Source of the DNA: an uncultured Candidatus Saccharibacteria bacterium
GTDB lineage: Bacteria > Patescibacteriota > Minisyncoccia > Phycocordibacterales > UBA12088
Length of the DNA stretch: 64,000 nt
NCBI GenBank assembly: GCA_964459075.1
Contig: CAYWKE010000001.1
Location: 4,626-68,625 of the forward strand
Direction of reading: 5' to 3'
The notes below the pieces were generated by a model. The model had not been told where the DNA came from. It saw only the letters and a list, made by a program, of their open reading frames with translations, and did not search any database. Positions 38,001-44,000 of this stretch are shown piece by piece. The number at the start of each line of letters is the position of its first letter. The first letter of the stretch is position 1. The position numbers were made by a program, and so were the translations under genes.

Positions 38001-41000
38001 AGCGAACCGAGGCGACCACAACGAGGTCGGAGAAGTCTTGTGAGAGTGTTACCGGTGTCCAGTCAGAGCCGTTCACGTCGATGGTACCGTACTCACCGAT
38101 CACACTCTGTATCTCGAGGTTGTCATTCACACCCGTGATACCAGTGAGCGAGTTTCGCAAGAACTGCTCGTTGGTGGTCTGGTGCCAGGTGGAGACCGCT
38201 GTCGTGCTGGCGATCGTGAAGCTTCGCTCGTCACTCCAGAACGAGAAGAGGTTGTCACCTGCAAGATCACGTGCGCGCACCCGCCACCAGTACGTGTCAC
38301 CGTCGATGAGGTTGATGCTTGAACTTGCGGTGAAGACGATCTCTTCGCCTGAGGTGAAAGGCGAGGTCTCTGGGTTGCCATCAGCACGCGTAAAGGCACC
38401 GAACGGGTCACTGTCTGACGTGAACGAGAGAGTTCCAGACGCAAATGCGGTTGAGGAGGATATCTGGATCTCGTACACCAGCGATTCATTCTGCGGGTCT
38501 ATTGTCTCGAAGAAGAACTGCGTGGTGGACGATGCTACCTGCTCGTAAGGGAAGGGCGACGTTGTGGTTGGTGTCAGCACACCTTCGCGCCACTGTACGG
38601 TCCAGTCGTAGAGGATGGGGCCAGTCGTTGTCGAGGGTGAGGAGAATATGGCCACAGGCCGAATAACATTGTATGTCTCAGTATCCAGATCAATGAGATC
38701 GAACGGTCCTGTCGTGGTACCTGCTTCGTTGCCCGGCAAGTCCTCGTCGGGGATTGGGAGCCATGAAGAGGAGAGGTACTGGAGCTGGTAGGTGATCGAG
38801 CCCGTGGTCTGATCGTCATTCCACGAGAAACTTCCCCACTTGTTGCCGATCGCACCGTCATCAAAGTCTATGGCTGTGCCTTCAAGTGTTCCATCAAATG
38901 CATTCTCAATGGTCCCAGATGCAGCGGAGAACCCAATGACGCTACCCTCCTCATCTGCGTGGCCATTTCGCGTGTTATCAGGTCCGTCCTCATCAACTGA
39001 TCCGTAGAAATCGGTCACCGTCACCGCAACCTCAGTGTCACGGAGCGCCCACGACCCGTTGCCGCCATTCTCACCACCTTGCGCTACGATGTAGACCACC
39101 GGCAGACTCAGGAACTGCCGCGTCCAGGGAATGTTGTGCGTCGGATCATCGAAGATACCATCAAGACCCAGATTGCCGCCGGTGGTCTGGAAGGCGGCAT
39201 CCATCTCGACGCCGGCACTGGTCGTCCCGTGGAACTCCTCGAATGCCACATAGTCGATCTCCTCAGCTGCGGTGTGGTCGTTGTTGGCATAGCTCGTCAA
39301 AATTTGGAGACGCAAATTGGTATCGCTGGGCGGGTCCCCACTGTCGCCATCATCTGCTTTGGTTGCGGCCCACGTGGGGTCGTTATCGGAGGCAAGCGTG
39401 TGGAGTACAACTGGCGTGCCCGAGAAAGCGGGTGCGAAGACCACATTCGCAGGAGTTCCTACTTCTACGGAAGCTCCACCATCCCACCCAAATTGCCCAT
39501 CGGTCGTCTCACTTCCCGCGACCACCCGCACACCACTTCCTCCGTCATTGATGGTCCAGTCCCCTGCTTCCACAGCGAGCCAGTCGACCACGGTCACACC
39601 CGAGGGGGTAGGCGTTTGCGCGTGGTTATCGACCTTGATCTCAAAGCTTGTCTGCCCTTTGTTGCGTACACGGGGACTCCGTGGGTCAACGGTCTCGTCG
39701 TAGCGCGGACTTGCCACGACGACGAGGTCATCGTAGCTACCGGACAGGTTCACGGTCGTCCATTCGTTGTTGTTGAGATCGACGGTTCCAAACTCAGCCA
39801 CGACACCGCCCAGCCGCACTTCATCTGATGTTGAGGCAAACACGCCCCGGAGCGAGTCGGTCACGAATTGCTCCTCGGTCGTCTGGAACCACGTCGAGAC
39901 GTCAATGGTCGTATCGGTCGTGAACGATAACGGAGGATCGGACCACGGTCCCCACTGGTCAGAGCCGCCCGGGTCGCGTGCGCGAATGCGCCAGTAGTGG
40001 GTCACATCGTTGTCCAATGCACTTGCTCCCGGAACAGTGAAGCGGATCGTCTGACCAGCAGAGAATGGCGCCTTGTCACTCGTGTTTGAGATGTTCGTGA
40101 ATGAGAGAGGTGAACCGGTGACCGTCGAATTCACATCAACGAGTGTCGAGGAGAAATCAGTGGTCGTCGCGAGCTGCACCTGGTAGTGCAGGTCGTCGCC
40201 GGCAAGATCGGACGCGGTGAAGGTCAACTCTGGGGTGAGATCTCCGGTCTTTGCATTGTCAAAGGGCGTACGCGCGATCGGCTCATCCGGAGCCGAATTA
40301 GTATCGAGCTGCGGGTAGTTGGCGGGCGAGATCACCGCGGTTCCCCCGACGCCCACCATGCGGAAGCAGTACGAGCTGTTGGTCTCAGGTGCATTCGCTT
40401 CGAGTACCCAGTCAAACTCAAGGATATCGCCTGGAGCATAGTCAACACTCAGTGCAGCTGAGTTGTTCTCTTCTTCATACGTTCCAGCATCTGTAGTACT
40501 GGCTAGCACTGTTGCGGAAATGGCTGACTGTTCTGCGACCGACGCGTTGTCGAATCCTCGCCACGGAGCACTCGACGAGCTTTGCTGCTCGACCGGGTTC
40601 CACGCAAGCGATGATAGGTCACACGAATCACCAATATTTGCTTGGGCAACCTCAAGCGTGAACGCATCGTCGAGGGCTGTGGACGTTGCGTTATTGAGCT
40701 GCATCGAAACACGCAGACGGAGTACATCGCCAGCCGTGATGGCCGCATCACTCCCGATCGAAGCGTTCTCATCCAAGTCTTCTGACCCCAACGGCCATGG
40801 ATCGGTCGGGGTCTGAGCGTCCTCATTGAGGTACCAACGGAAATCCTGCATGTTCCACGCGGGCACGTTGGAGGTCTCCTGCGCACCAAATGCAACAGTA
40901 GGGTGTGGGAAGGCGTACTGCCTGGACTGCGGCGCTGCGATGAAGTTCTGCTCGTCATCATCCGTTTGATCTTCCCATATAGCGTAGAACGGCTTGGGTG

Positions 41001-44000
41001 GCGTGTCGGTGGAGATGATGCGCCAGCCGGGATCGAAGTTCGCACTGTTATCGTCCCCAAAGTACGCTTTTCCTGGGTTCGCACCAGCTGGGGTACAGAC
41101 CCCCGTCGCTTGAACACTTCCGGTTGCGGTGACGATCGCGAGGTTTACCTCACCCGAATCCGGCTCACACGCGACCGCAATGTACGAGCCCGTATCGGTG
41201 AGCATGAACTCGGTCGCAAACTCTTTCTCGGGCCAGTACGAGGTCGCTTCGATTCCGTCACCATCTCGCGACTGCGTACTCATGATGGGCGCAGAGGACG
41301 AAGAGATACGCACAGCGGCGCCATTCCCGTCACCTCCCGACGTACAGTTTCCACTTGCGTCGTACATGGCGGTGACATCCTGACCTGAAACTGAGGCACC
41401 CGTGCCTCCTGAGCAGGTGATCTCGTAGCTCGTGCCCGCCTGCGTCTGGCCCACGCGCGTATCCAGCGAGTTGATACCGTAGAGCTCACGCGTCGTTGCG
41501 GGGTAGAGTGTGATCGCATCACCCGTGTTGAACTCGTACGCGAGGAGGATCGGGGTCGTTGCGATCACCCGAGCAATATCTCCATCAACGATATCCTCGA
41601 CCGGGGAGGCGCCGGTCGAGGTCGCCAAGACCTGCGTCGTAGCAAGCGTGGTGTCGTTGTAGAGCTGTACCGTCGAAGAACCGAATGGTGAGAAGAGGTG
41701 GAACTCGTCGTTCGCGGAACTACCGGTTCGCACGGCGATGGTGAATAGGTCCGTGGCAAAGCTGATCGGCACAAGCGAATCTTGGTTCCCACCACCCTCG
41801 AGCTTTGTCGCGATGGGTCCAAGTGCGCGCACCACCGAGGTCGCGGTGAACGTACCCCCACCATAGGAAATGCTCTCTCCCAGATCGAGAGAGGAGGTTG
41901 CGCCAGTATCAAGCTGGACGACGTTACCATCGATGAGGCTGTACACCTCGATAGTATCGCCGCCGCCGAAGTCGTCGCGCACCACGTGGTGCATATCAAC
42001 AAGTGACGTGTGGGTGAATGGAGCAAACGCATCACTCAATGACGTGGCGAGGCCATTCCCGTAGTAGAGGTACATGGTCGAGGTGCTGTTGGCGGGTATC
42101 TCATCTACCTGGACCCAAATAGCTGTCGTTGAGCCGTTGTAGTCAAAGTACTGCACCCAGTGATCGAGCTCGGTGACCGTGTAGGGATCGTTCACCTCGG
42201 GGGTCGAGGTTGCGTAGAAGTCGGTTGCGGTGGCCATGTTCCGATAGGTCGCCGAGAGCCACCCGTCCGAACGCACGACGCTCGAAACACGCACCATATC
42301 AAGGCGACCATCGAGGGTCAGCTGGCGACCCGGCCGCAGGTCGCCCAGCGTGAACGTGTTCCCAAAGTTCTCATCTCCCGCATTCGTGTAGCTCAAAACC
42401 TGATTGTCGTTCACCTTCACGATCGTGCTCCCTCCCTGAACGGCGGTCGCACTCATGTAGTACCACTGTCCAGTGACCAAATTTGCGGCCGACGACTGAT
42501 TACACGTTGCACTGCTCTGGTAGGCACAGTAGCGCAGCTCATCAGCAGCTCCTCCCGTACCTCCCAGCGTGAACCACGGCGCGTACACACCCCCGCTGCC
42601 CGGAGCAGACGCGAGGATCGTATAGCCATACTGATCCGTACGTCGATCGCCACCACCGTTGAAGCCGATAAGTGCATCGGGATTCACCCACACTTCAACT
42701 GTGTGAGTAGTGGATATACCCAGATCACCGTGACTCACATCATCCTCGAAAAAGTCTTGAGCGTTCCCGAAGCGTCCGTTCGTTTCCGCAGGATTATCGG
42801 AGGACTGCTTGGTACCGTCGTTACTTGACCCGGCACTGTTCTCGATCGTGGAGCTCGTCAGGTCTTCCATGTGGGTCACGAGGGCAAAGTTACTATCCCA
42901 CACATTCACCGCCCCGTTCGCGTCAGTGTCCGCGACCAGTGGTGCTGCGGCGTTGCCGTAGTACACGTAGTAGGTCGTATCGGTCGTGGAGGAAAGCGAG
43001 GTCGCACGGAAGTAGAGCTCACCGGTTTGAGCGGTCGTGGACGCAGACACGATCTCCCGCGGGACCTGGTTTCCGTCTGCGTCTGCAACACGGATGTCCG
43101 CATCGACCGAGGTAGCAATGCCACTAAAGAACGTCGGGCCCAGATCGGCAAGATCAACGTACACAGGGAAATTCGACAACTCCTCGTCTACCTGACTCGC
43201 TTGGATCGTGATCGGAATGCGGTTGGGCCATGCGTCATCGAACCAGTCCGCTTGATCTTCTCCCTGTTCACTCGTGAAGCGAATGTCACCACCATCCTCG
43301 CGCACACTTGCCCAGAAATCTGAGAGGGATTCATCGATCTCGACGTAGATCTGGTACTCAGAGAGATCGTTCGCGTTGCCAAGGTTGTCGATCTCGATCG
43401 GGATGCGGTACTGCCAGAAGCCGTCCCACCACGGGTCGAGGAGGCCGTAGCTTCCCTTCTTGCCGATCGCCTCGATCCAGAACTCGCCCAACGTGCGCGC
43501 AGGGTAGCTGATCTCCATCTCGAAGTAGAGCGTCTGCCCCGGCTCGATGCGGTAGGTATTTTCCGAGCTGTTCTTTACATCAAAGTACTCGGGGACCGGC
43601 TTGCGCGGCAGGCCGCCGCCGAAAAAGTTGGCGAGCCGGCGGAAGTTGCCGATCTCCATGTTGCGCTCACCGGGTGCGACCGAGTGCGCCATCCAGGTGT
43701 CGCGGTAAACCGTCTCTTCACGTGAACCGATACGAGCACGATCATCGACACAGGTGACCCCATCCTCAGAAAGCTCGTCACACCAACGCTCCTCTTCACT
43801 CGAGGCACAGCTGTAGCGTTGGCGCTGCGTGCTGGCTGTGCTGGTCGCCTCGGACTCAGCGCGCTCGGCAAGAAGTGCCTGAAGCAACTCCTCATTCGTG
43901 AGGTCGGGATCGGTGAAGTCGATACTCTCCTCAGGACGCTCGTCTACAGTAGCGGTCTCTTGCGACTCAACACTCGTTGTACTGGTTGCTGGAGTGGGCT

